Of a stretch of DNA of 64,000 bases, positions 26,767 through 39,931 are shown one piece after another. The translations under genes were made by a program, and so were the position numbers. This DNA comes from Octopus vulgaris (taxonomy: Eukaryota): positions 6,572,001-6,636,000 of the forward strand of contig OX597827.1 of NCBI GenBank assembly GCA_951406725.2, in the 5' to 3' direction. Each line of letters opens with the position of its first letter. Within the stretch, counting starts at the first letter, position 1. The notes beneath the pieces were generated by a model, which made no database searches, was not told the DNA's origin, and was given only the letters and a program-made list of their open reading frames with translations.

Positions 26767-27560
26767 TTACTTATATGAACTAAAGGTGTGTTTTTGCCAA
26801 TGTTTACATCGGTATGCACACTCTATAATCATGTTTACTAGGGGATTTATAGAAAAAATAATGAAAAATACTTCAGAATTACAGAGAAGACAGAATTCCT
26901 TGCCTTTATCATAAGGTATCGAGATTGAGAGAATCAACCATTCTAAATTAAATTGTTCATTATGGTCTTTTAGATCCCAAATTAATTTACTGAGCCCCAT
27001 ACTGTTACGTTTATTCTTATCCCTAATTGTTGAGTAATGAATAGAAATTCTTTTAGACAACTGTAATGACATGCTTCCAATGTAAAATCGTACTTTATTA
27101 TGGTTACTTATTTTACACTGGTATATAGAATTTTTAATTTTAGAGTTATTTGACATAAATTTAATTCTGCTGGAATTGACTTCGGATACAATAACCTTGT
27201 TATCAATATTTCTAGAGGGATGTATGATATTAGCTAAATTAATATTAGTATTAGTAAATGTATTAATATTTAACAGGTTGTTATTATGTGAAGAGATAAT
27301 TTGTAAGAGATTTTTTGTGTTGGAAAAACCAATCCTAACCGTATGTGAATTGATAATAGAGTAATACCTAGAATTCTTTAGAAAATTCCTAATAATAGCT
27401 TGACGAAACAGTAATGGGAAATTAGATTTAATTTGACTCCCATATGGAATAATTAACCAAATATTTTTACTACTATTTATCTTATTTTTAGTGTAATTAT
27501 TTTTGAAAGCCTTAGATTTACTTTTAGAATGATAATAAGATAAATAGTAGTAAAAATATT
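26767..27560 (-). pseudogene. PLE RT thumb/linker plus GIY-YIG endonuclease (C-terminal fragment, Naiad-like)
   Basis: IWLIIPY..IINSHTVRIGFS..IISSHN; SIYQC...FYIGS...KR..H; LSKLIWDLK...LEW.IL; CLLCNSE...CKH. The N-terminus of the 366-aa track ORF is only microsatellite/SINE. Confidence 0.85.
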
Positions 27561-27650
27561 TGGTTAAATATTGGCTGCATTCAAATGACTGAAACAAATA
27601 AAAGAGTAAAAGAATATATACAAATATATATATATATATATACATGTACA

Positions 27651-27842
27651 TAAATGTATATTTATGTGTGTGTATACATGCATACATACACATACACACA
27701 CAGATATACATACATATGGAAAAAGACAAATGGCAAGAGAGCAAGAGATTGATAGATGTATACATAAGTATGTATATATATACATATATGTGAACATATA
27801 ATATATGCATACATGGGAGGGGGAGGTGTGCTTGTGTATGTG
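27651..27842 (+). repeat. About 190-bp local direct duplication, partner at 30458-30648
   Basis: Shared unique core CAAGAGAGCAAGAGATTGATAGATG and GGAGGGGGAGGTGTGCT-like end. Confidence 0.8.
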
Positions 27843-28413
27843 TGTGTGTGTGCGTGTGCGTGTGCATGTGCGTGTGTGTGTTTTAGTATATTAAATGCAT
27901 TGGTGAGCAATAACCTCATTAAGCATCGGATCTCAAAGTGAAGTCCAGTAATCAACAATGGTTGACTACATTTTCAAGGAATCAAATAACAGAAAACTTT
28001 TGCACACTTGACTTTTTGAAAGTTTGTATTTTGTTCAGCTGAGTTGATACCAACTGTTGGTGCCAGAAATTTGTTCCAATTGTTTGTGGCTGAGTGCTGG
28101 AAGCTTCTGTTTACAGTGAGGCCTTTCGTATCAAGTTTAGGGAATGAATGTAATAGCTTGAATATGCCGGTCCTTCTTCTACTACTATTACTACCACCAT
28201 CCCAACCACCACTGCTATTACTAGTACCACCACCACCACCACCACCTCTGCTGCCACCACCATTATTATTATTATTAACAAACTAGACTCGTGTGGTTAA
28301 GAAATAAGAAGTCAACTTCTGTTCTCGCAAACATGCCTGCATCTGTGTTATGCTGGCTGAATTGTGAGAGTCTGCAAGAAAATGCATAGTGGCATTTTTT
28401 TCTGATCCTTTAT

Positions 28414-28834
28414 TCTTATTTCTTTACTGCCCCCAAGGGGCTAAACACAGAAAGGACAAACAAAGACAGACAAACGGATTAAGTCGATTGTATCGACCCC
28501 AGTGCATAACTGGTACTTATTTAATCGACCCCGAAAGGATAAAAGGCAAAGTCGACCTCAGCGGAATTTGAACTCAGAACGTAGTGGCAGATGAAATACC
28601 TATTTCTTTACTACCCACAAGGGGCTAAACATAGAGGGGACAAACAAAGACAGACAAACGGATTAAGTCGATTATATCAACCCCAGTGCATAACTGGTAC
28701 TTATTTAATCCACTCCGAAAGGATGAAAGGCAAAGTTGACCTCGGCGGAATTTGAACTCAGAACGTAGTGGTAGACAAAATACCGCTCAGCATTTCACCC
28801 AGCGTGCTAACGATTCTGCCAGCTCGCCGCCTTC
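28414..28834 (-). mobile_element. SINE family B tandem dimer nested in an older family B copy
   Basis: Two head-to-tail units; one 17-bp TSD TTTTTCTGATCCTTTAT flanks the whole dimer. Confidence 0.85.
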
Positions 28835-29544
28835 TTTTTCTGATCCTTTATGTTCTGCTTTCAAATCCCACTAAGGTCAACTTTGCTTTTCATTATTACA
28901 TGGTTGATACAGTAAAGTACCAATGAAATACTTGGGTAAATCAAATCAATTAACCCTTTTGTTACTATATTTCTGACCAAAATACACCCCTCATGAGTTT
29001 CAATTAAATTCTAAAATAATCATGAATCTAGGCTTGTTTCATTAAATAACTGTAATTTTTTTACTTACCAACATATTAATGTGATATTTGGAACATAATT
29101 GAAGAAAGGGTTCTTAATCAATTCTATTGCATAACTTTTATCTCAAAGTGACTTTAATTACAGGTAAACCCAGGTAAATTGAGCAAAAGGTAAAAATATT
29201 AAAATTTTGTTTAAACCCCTCCCATTAAAACTGCTGGCCTTGTGCCAAAATTTAAAGCAATTACTTGAAAAATCACCCAAGCAACCAGAGCAATCTCATA
29301 AAGGAGAATACAACAGGTGACTTGTAGTTCGAATTGTTCCATAGTCACAGAAAAATGAATCCAGAGTGTATCCCCGTTTCACTTTGGTATCACCGTGTTT
29401 TGTTTTATGACTGTTTTCCACTCTAGCTTGTATAAGACAGAACTTGTTGGAAGAAGCTGTTCTATGGTTGGATGTTCTTGCAGTCACCAACCCTTAGCTG
29501 ATATCCAAGCAAGGTATCATTTTTCATTCCATTGATCCTCACAG

Positions 29545-29850
29545 TTGCAAGGCTCAGGGGTTAGAGTGTCAGGCTCACAACCATGAGGTAGTAAGTTCAA
29601 TTCCTGGACCAGGCTGTATGTTGTGTTCTTGAGCAAGACACTTTATTTCACATTGATCCAGTTCACCCCACTGTAGAAATGAGTTAGAACATCACTGGTG
29701 CCAAGCTGTATCAGCCTTTGCCTTTCCCTTGCATAACATTGGTGGCATGAAGAGGGAAGGCTGGTATGCTTGGGCAACTGATAGTCTTCCATAAACAACC
29801 TTGTGCCTGGGAAAGCAACTTTCTAGGTGCAATTCCATGGTCATTAATGA
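29545..29850 (+). mobile_element. SINE family C
   Basis: tRNA-like head (GTTCAATTCC), then GTGTTCTTGAGCAAGACACTT core; reverse complement of 33002-33337. Confidence 0.8.
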
Positions 29851-30487
29851 TCCTCAAATATAGGAAGCTAAAATTACAGGATATTTATATGCTGGAGAAT
29901 GTAGGCAAAGACATTGTTTATTTTTTTTTTAATCAGGAAGTGTTAAAGAGGACATGTAGAATGGCATTCTCACACATAATATGCACAGATACGAATACAC
30001 ATGAATACACATACATATTCATACACACATACTCATGCACTCACTCATATGTTCACATGTATACCACCCCACACTCACACACACAGACATGCACACACAT
30101 AAATACAGTGGGTATTTCCTTAGATTTCATCAAGCAATATCACTTATAAGGCTTTGGTCACCCTGAAGCAAGAGTAACAAGTATTTGCCCAAGATTCCAT
30201 GTTGTGGCATCAAAGAGAGAACCAAGTGGTTGCGAAGTGAACTTTGAAACCACAAAGCCATTTATGCACCTCTTCTTTGACCAAATTCGGAGCAGAATTG
30301 ATTAAGATATTTCCATTCTTTCATTGTGGAAACTGAGTCCTTTCACAAATTTTTCCTTTGGTTCCATCTTCAAATCAAGCATTGGAGAAATATTTACCAG
30401 TCTTTCATTCTACAATTTTATACAGGTTGATTTTTTTGGAAATATCTACAAGTCAACTAAATGTATATTTATGTGCGTGCATACATG

Positions 30488-30527
<40 letters not shown>

Positions 30528-30763
30528 AAGAGGCAAATGACAAGAGAGCAAGAGATTGATAGATGCATACATATGTATGTATATATACATATATGTGAAT
30601 ATATAATATATACATACATGGAAGGGGAAGGTGTGCTCGTGTATGTGTGGGGTCCATCTATAAGTCAACTATTTTTTATCTGTGAACTACTTTGATTCCT
30701 ATTTTATTTGTCTGAACCTTCATATGAAGTTTTTAAAAATTCCCATTTTATTTTTATAATTAA

Positions 30764-31069
30764 TTCTGTTGTGTCTGGGAAGAGTCATTTTCTTTTTGTG
30801 CCTTATAATGTAACACACTCACTGGTAAAATTTTTGTTGCATCTTGCAACCTTTTCAATAGTCTTCAGAGTCAAGACTATTGAAAAGGTTGCAAGACGCA
30901 ACGAAAATTTTAGGAAAATATAAATAAGAAATAAGTGGAAATTTTACCTGTGAGTATGTTACATTATAAGGCACAAAAAGAAAATGACTCTTCCCAGACA
31001 CAACAGAATATGCTTCAACACACGAACTCATATAAAGAATCTTGCAAAACCAAATCCAAAAACGAAATA
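30764..31069. mobile_element. Fold-back element with 12-bp TSD
   Basis: Arms 30763-30865/30873-31009; flanking direct repeat TTTTATAATTAA; terminus recurs inverted at 31973-32047. Confidence 0.75.
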
Positions 31070-31277
31070 TTTTATAATTAAGTTTTATTCAGAATAGTAT
31101 TTCAAAAGTTGTTAAAATATTTTGTGCCCTGTAGAAATATAACCAAGCTGTTGCACATAAATTTTACCAACAAAATCTTTTATGGACCCACAAGAGCCAA
31201 ATGGATCCCAGTTGAGAACCACTGATCTACAAATACAGTGGAGTTTTTTTCTTGATTTCCATCAAATTTTTCCCTTC

Positions 31278-31318
<41 letters not shown>

Positions 31319-31850
31319 ATGTGTGTGTGTTGATATCTACATAACATAAGATTGTTCAATGTGGTTCATTCTCTGGTGGCATTATAATTCTGAATTCAGA
31401 TGGGCTGCAGCTTGCAAACATTTCCAAGAGTCATATTATTACAATATCCTGTCTCATGCCATGCTAAGCTGTTATTGGCAGACTTTTTCATTATATTTCA
31501 TCAGCATTTTTTTTTTTCTTATTCAGCTTCTATAATCTTGAGAGTTATTTTATATCTGTACTTTTTATTTTTATTTTTACATTTATCAGATTTCTTTTTT
31601 TTTTTTTTTTTACTGAATTCAGTAAAGTGAGTTTGGTATGTGAAATATTCATTCACTGCAAACATATGTATAGTGTGTTGCTTCAGTCTTTGTAGAAACT
31701 GCAGTTCTTTCTGTAAAGCACCTTGTTTACAATTTCCATCACAAAGCTTCAAATTCTGTGTGTAAATAAATATCAGTGTGTTAGTGAGATAGGGGGATGT
31801 GTTCTTCTCACAACAAGTTGCTATTTATTGTAAGATTTGTATTTGTTTAC

Positions 31851-31885
<35 letters not shown>

Positions 31886-31944
31886 TATATATATGGTATA
31901 TATATATATATATATGGTATATATATATATATATATATGGTATA

Positions 31945-31975
<31 letters not shown>

Positions 31976-32170
31976 TTCGTTTTTGGATTTGGTTTGCAAG
32001 ATTCTTTATGTGAGTTCGTGTGTTGAAGCATATTCTGTTGTGTCTGGCATGTATGCATGTATGTATGTATACACACACATAATACACACGCATACACATA
32101 CATACACCTATATATATATATAAACTAAAGGAATTAACATATTATATGTATACTCTGTGAGTATGTGTGC

Positions 32171-32730
32171 ATATCTATTATATAAAATCCATTCTGTCCA
32201 GCTGTGTGTGTGTCTTCTAGGATCTCGGGCATCCTCCATCCGATTGCACTCAAATTTGATATGTAGATACCTACGGTATCAGGGCGTGTATAAGTCTTGA
32301 AAAAATTACAAAAATCGATTCCAGGTGAGAATGCGATCGATTAAGCCCGTGGGAACGTGCATTTGTACATGCAAGTACATCAGCTGTTGCGATCAATACT
32401 ACGCATATGCAAGAAAAATGCACACACATTTTGCGCAAAAAAAACCGGCAGACTTGAAATAATGCTACAAAATGCAGTATATTTAAGAGACCAAAACAGT
32501 AAGATGCAAAAGAGATATTTTCTTCAAACTTGGCATGAAGGAAGGAAAGACTATTTGGTTTCTCAAGAAGTGGTTTTTTTGCCTTAACTTCGTTTAACAA
32601 AACCCAAAATTTTATTGAAATAAAGGCATGCTTAATTAGTTTTAATGAAAAGAAAATACTAATTGCTTTTTATTCAGCAGATATGATTCAGCACCATCCA
32701 TTGGTCGAGGGCGGGGGACGTCTTGCTCAT
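32171..32730 (+). mobile_element. Possible non-autonomous Helitron-like element, 3'-truncated
   Basis: Starts A|TCTATTATATAAAA, then a short (TG)n and CCGATT..CTCAAATTTG, as in invertebrate Helitron-N elements; no CTAG end seen. Confidence 0.45.
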
Positions 32731-32743
32731 ATATATATATATA

Positions 32744-32882
32744 TGGCCAAGCAGCAGAGTCCAACAGGTTCAGATGACACCATCCTATTCCCATTTAAAA
32801 TCCTATACCCATTTAACCATTCTGATCTAGATACACAGCTGAAAACTTTGAGGAGAGAAGATAGTTGCGAAAAGTCACCCTA
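32744..32882 (+). repeat. 139-bp direct repeat, partner at 35261-35399
   Basis: Only a few mismatches by eye. Confidence 0.9.
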
Positions 32883-33001
32883 GTGGGAGAGTGGGATAGA
32901 AACAGAAAGAATGAGAGAGACATTACATGTGTCCACACACATAAACAGAGAAAGAGAGGAGGGGAGAGACAGACAGAGGGAAGGGAGAGAGACATTGCTG
33001 A

Positions 33002-33337
33002 GACCCCCTTCGGTCACGACACAGACCATGGGATTGCACCTAGAAAGTTACCCTCCCAGGCACAAGTCCGGGTAAGGTTGTTTATGGAAGACCACCAGTC
33101 GCCCATGCATACCAGTCTCCCCTCTCCATGCCACCGATGTTATCCAAGGGAAAGGCAAGGGCCGATACAGTTTGGCACCTGTAACATCGCAACTCATTTC
33201 TACAGCTGAGTGAACTGGAGCAACGTGAAATAAAGTGTCTTGCTCAAGAACACAACACACAGCCCGGTGTGGGATTCAAACTCACGACCTCACAATCGTA
33301 AGCCCGACGCTCTAACCACTGAACCACGTGCCTTCAC
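33002..33337 (-). mobile_element. SINE family C, full length
   Basis: TSD AGAGAGACATT(G/A)CTGA; tRNA-like head on the minus strand. Confidence 0.85.
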
Positions 33338-34040
33338 AAGAGAGACATTACTGATTCATAGGAAGAAAACTGATAGAGAGAAAAGAAACATTAAAGTGAG
33401 AGAGATGTTAAAATATTTGATGTCTAAGAAGTGTGTAAAATTAGTGATGCCAAATAGGAAATGCCAAAATGGTTATGCCAAAATGTCTCATACATGCCAG
33501 AAGATGGTGGTAAACTTGGAATCAGTTTAATTCTGCCATCTAAGAAGACCAATGCAGGATTTGCACTCGAAATACAAAGAGTTGGAACAGATACTACAAG
33601 GTATTCAGTCCAACATTCTTTCAGTTCCATCAATTCACGAAGCTGGATTGATACCTTTTTAGCAAACCCAGAAAGGATGAAAGCAAAATTGACTGTGGCA
33701 GAAAGAATCAGGGCACAAAGAATCTAAACAAATGCCATCAAATATTATGTCTGATGCTCTTCAGATTCCCTCCATTTATCACTTGGTGGAATTCCACACA
33801 GTTTTCATCTACCCAATTTCGTTTAACAAGGCTTGGATTGAGGCAAAGTCATGGTAAAAAAAAAGCACTTATCCAAACAGTGGATAGAGTTTGCCCAATG
33901 CAGACCAGCTTCTCATCTCTCCCCTCTCCCCTCACCCACCACCACTACTATCTATGCTGCTGTGTTCAAGATCCCATACTGGGGAAGTTAAACATAGGAC
34001 ATGATGAATGCAAAACAACAATGCTATAATGTCACAAATT

Positions 34041-34344
34041 TGGTGGTGGCGGTGGTGGTGGCGGTAGTGTGGGGTGGGGGGGGGTGATGGTGGCAGTGGT
34101 GGCGGTGGTGGTGGCGGCGGTGGCGGCGGTGGTGGTGGTGGTGGTGGTGGTGGTTGTGGTGGTGGTGGTGGTGGTAATGGTGGTGGTGGTGGTGGTGGTG
34201 GTGATGGTGGTGGTGGTGATGGTGGTGGTGGTGGTGGTGGTTGTGGTGGTAGTGTGGTGGTGGTGGTGGTGGTAGTGTGGTGGTGGCAGTGGTGTTGGTG
34301 TTAGTGGTGGTGGTGGCGGTGGTGGTGGCAGGGATGGTGGTGGC
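34041..34344. repeat. (GGT)n trinucleotide array
   Basis: Directly visible. Confidence 0.95.
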
Positions 34345-36039
34345 AATCAGTCTTCTAAATCGAACCAAGAAATCAATTTTTCCATTTGTTTTTCAACTTC
34401 CTGATTTTAATTGTCATTTGCCACTCGTAACTGAAATGTCACTGTTCCTCAGTGATATGACTGGATTTGAACACGGAATGCACAACACCGGAACAAGACA
34501 CTAAAAGACACCTTGTCTGATGCTACAAGAATCCCACCAATCCATCAGTCACGACTGGCCCCTTTTTTCTTTTATTGACCCTGAAAGACTGGGAAGCAAA
34601 CATAACCACAAATTTTGTAGTAGAGTGTAGTTATTTTAATTACACCTCACACCTAGTATTTGATATTAATTAATTAGTGTGTTTATTTTTTTATGACATC
34701 ATTGACTGCACATCTCCAAGAGGCTAATTACTGATTTCTGGAATTTCTGATACTAAGAGCAAGAAGTGGGTGCTGCCTGTGTTAAATTCCTCACCACTGT
34801 TTTTTATATCCTTGTGGGTATTAAGTACACGCATCGTTATCCTTATCCGCATCATTATCCTCATCATAATCATTATGCCATCGTCATTGTGGCCACTATC
34901 TACGTCACCACTGTTGCCTCCACCATCACCATCATTGTCATCATAATCATCCTTATCATCATCATCATCATTGCTGTCATCATCACCGTCATCGTCACTG
35001 TCATTGTCATCATCACCAACATCATCATCATCATCATCGTCATCGTCAGCAGATGGCTTCCCTTTGCATACATGGATTGGAAATATATATATTTCTTTAC
35101 TACCCACAAGGGGCTAAACACAGAGGGGACAAACAAGGACAGACAAAGGGATTTAGTCGATTACATCGACCCCCAGTGCGTAACTGGTACTTAAATTATC
35201 GACCCCGAAAGGATGAAAGGCAAAGTCGACCTCGGCGGAAAACACACATACCTGCTCCACTGGCCAAGCAGCAGAGTCCAACAGGTTCAGATGACCCCAT
35301 CCTATACCCATTTAAAATCCTATACCCATTTAACCATTCTGATCTAGATACACAGCTGAAAACTTCGAGGAGAGAAGATAGTTGGAAAAAGTTACCCTAA
35401 AAGGATGTAAAAAAAAAGTTGACGTTGACAGGATTTGGATTCTGGGTTTAAATGGCTGGAACACATACAACCAGGCATCTTGTCCTGCTATCTAGCAATT
35501 CTGCCATGCAACTGCATAATACATCTGTGGAATGGATACAAGATACAATTATTTGTATTAGAGCTTTCTTGAGTTTTACTACATCTCCATCTTGGATATA
35601 TTTAGCAGATATATTTAGCAAGATGCACGAGGAAAGAATGAGAGAAAGTTGTGGCAAAAGAGTCAGCAGAAGTTTGCCATTACCTTCTGCCAGAGCCGCG
35701 TGGAGCCTTAGGTTTTTCGCTCATAAACACACACATTGCCCAGTCTGAGATCCAAACCTGCAATCCCTCGACCGTGAGTCTGCTGCTCTAACCACTAGGC
35801 CATGTGCCTCCACAGCTTGATGACTCTATTATTGTTACCAGTCAACCATGACGTAGGGGTGAAACTTATTGTACTACCAGGGGAACAAAAATAAGCAGGC
35901 AAACAAAACTGAGCAGGCAATTGGGTCTTTGCTTAAGGGTTAAAGTACAAAGACCTTAATAATGAAGGTTTATGTCATAACTATGTACCTGGTTGTCTAG
36001 CAGCTGAGCTTCATTCAGGTGCATTCGACTTATTTTATT

Positions 36040-36355
36040 ATCATCATCATCATCATTTAACATCCGTTGTCCATTCTGGCATGGGTTGGACGGTTTGACC
36101 AGGGCTGGCAAGCTGGAAGGCTGCACTGGACTCCAGTCTTATTTGGCATAGTTTCTATGGCTGGATGCCCTTCCTAAAGTCAACCACACTCAGACTGTAA
36201 TGGGTGCTTTTACGTGCCACTGGTATGGGTGCCTTTTGTGTGACACCAGTATCTGCCACGACTGTGAATTTACTTGGCTTGCTGGGTCTTCTCCTCAAGT
36301 GCAACATAATACCAATAGTCTCGGTCATTACCTCCGTGAGGCCCAACACTCAGAA
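36040..36355 (-). mobile_element. SINE family D
   Basis: Similar to 22219-22495. Confidence 0.75.
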
Positions 36356-37029
36356 GGAACACACACATACACACACACACACATACATACATACATACAT
36401 ACATACATACATACATACATACATACATACATACATACATACATACATACATACATACATACATACATACATACATACATTCATACATACATACATACAT
36501 ACATACGTAAATAATTACATACATATTTTCCATTCTTTGATAATAAATAATGTATACATTTTCTTGCAGGTTTGGTTCCATAGAATCAGAGACAAAGTGG
36601 CTGTTTTCTCACAAACACTAAAAATGATATCTCTTATCCAAATTGCGTCATGAAACTCAAGCCATTCAACATCCCTTGTGAGTTCATTTATGTTCCTGGA
36701 AGTATTGACACATACATCACAAATGCTTTCCATTAGAATTTTGGTAAAACATTCCTAATCTGACTATTGGCAATATAAATATATGTGTGTATGCGTGAGT
36801 GTGTATATGTATGTGTGTATGTGTGTGTATGGAGGAGAGGAGGAGTAAAGTGCTTAGGGGAAAGGGTTTTAAAAAAATGCTCAGTGTTATAAACTCTGCT
36901 ATCAACATAGAGATTTTCTTGCTTTTGTGAAAATAAAAGCGCATGCACACATACAGCAGGAAGGGAAACAGATTCAAACGAAATCCCCATCCTCTTTCCA
37001 AGAAGATATAATTATCATATATCTGAATT

Positions 37030-37192
37030 AGGCGTAGGAGTGGCTGTGTGGTAAGTAGCTTGCTTACCAACCACATGGTTCCGGGTTCAGTCCCACTGCA
37101 TGGCACCTTGGGCAAGTGTCTTCTACTATAGCCTCGGGCCGACCAAAGCCTTGTGAGTGGATTTGGTAGACGGAAACTGAAAGAAGCCCATC

Positions 37193-37272
<80 letters not shown>

Positions 37273-37469
37273 ATTTGTGTGTCTGTGTTTGACAACCGAT
37301 GCTGGTGTGTTTACGTCCCCCGTAACTTGCCGGTTCGGCAAAAGAGAACCGATAGAATAAGTACTAGGCTTACAAAGAATAAGTCCCGGGGTTGATTTGC
37401 TCGACTAAAGGCGATGCTCCAGCATGGCCACAGTCAAATGACTGAAACAAGTAAAAGAGTAACAGAGTA
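37030..37469 (+). mobile_element. SINE family A, full length
   Basis: Close to the family A consensus. Confidence 0.92.
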
Positions 37470-37599
37470 TTTGTAAATTATTCAACTAATAGTGATCCAG
37501 TTTAATAATGGAGCACCACCCTTGGTTGAAATCCACTTTACACCCATGGTATATGAAGCATGAGGGAAGAATATTGAGTACTACGTGAATCACTAAAGA

Positions 37600-37644
<45 letters not shown>

Positions 37645-37719
37645 TAGTTTGTATAGGATAGTGAGTTGAGAGTACAGAAGGTAGAAAATCTATGAAAGCT
37701 GGATTGAAAAATTAGTTAA

Positions 37720-37938
37720 CCCTTTAGTGTTCAGATTATTCTATCAAGCATAATGTTTATTGATTCCCATTGATTTGAATTAATCATGAATTATCTCATA
37801 TCTTCAAGATCTTGATGGTGTAATTACTTAATGTAGAATAACATTGTAGGGTAGGTGTGAGAGCCTGGATCTGGTCAGTTTGAACATAAAACAGATTAAC
37901 TATTTTGGCTGGATATGGCCGGTTTAAATACTAGAGGG
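37720..37938. mobile_element. piggyBac-type (TTAA) MITE, second family
   Basis: TTAA-CCCTTTAGTGTT ... AATACTAGAGGG-TTAA; a split copy lies at 61331-62206. Confidence 0.75.
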
Positions 37939-38154
37939 TTAAATATGATAAACTAAATGGGTTATGTTAAATATCATGAATTCTAGAACATAAGTGGATT
38001 AAAAGATTGGACCAAAAAAGAGATCTTTCTTGCCCAAGGTGACATGCAGTGGGACTGAACCCAGAACCATGTGGTTGGGAAGCAACCACGTATATATAAT
38101 ACATATATACTACTATACTACCTTTATTATGCTCAACTCATATTCATAGACATC

Positions 38155-38207
<53 letters not shown>

Positions 38208-38267
38208 ACACAAACAAACACACAAACACACACACACAGACACACATACACACACACACACACATAC

Positions 38268-38300
<33 letters not shown>

Positions 38301-38327
38301 GACACACACACACACACACACACAAAC

Positions 38328-38407
<80 letters not shown>

Positions 38408-38828
38408 CATATGTAAGCAGTATAAACAATACGTGAACATCCATTGTAATTTCTGTCTAGAAAAACTCCCATGGGTCCCTCCCTGTTGGTAATTTAACCT
38501 TCTCTTCTTTTCTTCTTTTTCTTTTTCTTTTTCTTTTTACTCAGTCTTCACATACTGTATAAAATTGGTGTTCTTTTTCTACACCATCTGGTGCCAATTC
38601 CCTATTTTAATGTCTTTAATATCTCTTTGAATATATTGCTCTAAACTATCTGTCTATCTTACAAGAAGGTTCTTCTCATAAATATCCATTAATTGGCCTA
38701 ATTATTTCACATAAAACACGAAGAATTTTGGAGGAGCCTGTTAAATTACAATCAAAGAAATATAAACGGTCCTTCAAAGAATATCTTCTCTCCTTTCTCC
38801 CTCCTGACTCATTCTCACTCTCTTTATG

Positions 38829-38876
<48 letters not shown>

Positions 38877-38883
38877 ATATATA

Positions 38884-38945
<62 letters not shown>

Positions 38946-39019
38946 TGCATATATATATATATATATATACACACACATATGTAGAGAGAGAGATGGCAAG
39001 AGAGAGAGATAAATACATC

Positions 39020-39125
<106 letters not shown>

Positions 39126-39182
39126 ATGTATGTGTGTTGGTGTATATAGATATGTATGAATGTATATGTGAGTGTATGAGTA

Positions 39183-39229
<47 letters not shown>

Positions 39230-39795
39230 TAAATGTTATTATTTTAAAGCTAGTTTCAGAATAACAATGCTGCATTTTCTGATGGGGCAATTCAACACTG
39301 AGAGTAAAGTCAAGTTAATTATAAAGTTCAAGTTGGCTGGGACTTCCAAGCTTCACCAGTCAGCTTCTTCAGTTATACACATACACACACACACACATAC
39401 ACAAAACAAAACCCTATACCATTCTCTGCCTCTCCAATTTGAAAAAAAAAAAAGAGAAAAACCATTATTCTTAGACTTCCAGTATAGATAATCTCTAGGA
39501 GAACATGAAGACGTTGGGTAATTGTTCAGAGAAGACTTTTATTTATAACAGAACAATTCTTTGCTCAAAATTATTTAGATTATTTTTTTTTGATTACAAG
39601 ACTAACATTTTTTTCTTTTTACAAAACATAATTAAATACATGGGAAGAGACAGAAATTTGTCATTGTCTGCATATGCATACAGACACATATATATATATA
39701 TATATATATATATGCACTCACACATACACGTATATACACATACACATGTGTATATATTCATACACACACATATGTACTTATATATGTGTATATGC

Positions 39796-39859
<64 letters not shown>

Positions 39860-39931
39860 GTGTGTGTGATTGTGTATAGAAGAATATATTAATAAAAGAA
39901 TTCCAACCTTGTCTGATTTTCACGTTTTATT

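Larger units (their letters stand above)
26322..27568 (-). mobile_element. 5'-truncated Penelope-like element (ORF 3' end plus pseudo-LTR)
   Basis: GIY-YIG ORF followed by a hammerhead ribozyme; the 3' end runs into (CTAT)n/(CT)n/(TA)n. Confidence 0.85.

Noticed and set aside
27561-27867. N-terminus of the 366-aa ORF as a real protein start
   Set aside because: It is microsatellite and SINE tail fortuitously in frame with the truncated PLE ORF.
31617-31756. Possible minus-strand exon (good acceptor at about 31757)
   Set aside because: No convincing donor and no recognisable protein.
34024-35194. Poly-His/Thr/Gly/Asp ORFs
   Set aside because: These are trinucleotide repeats with no splice or domain evidence.
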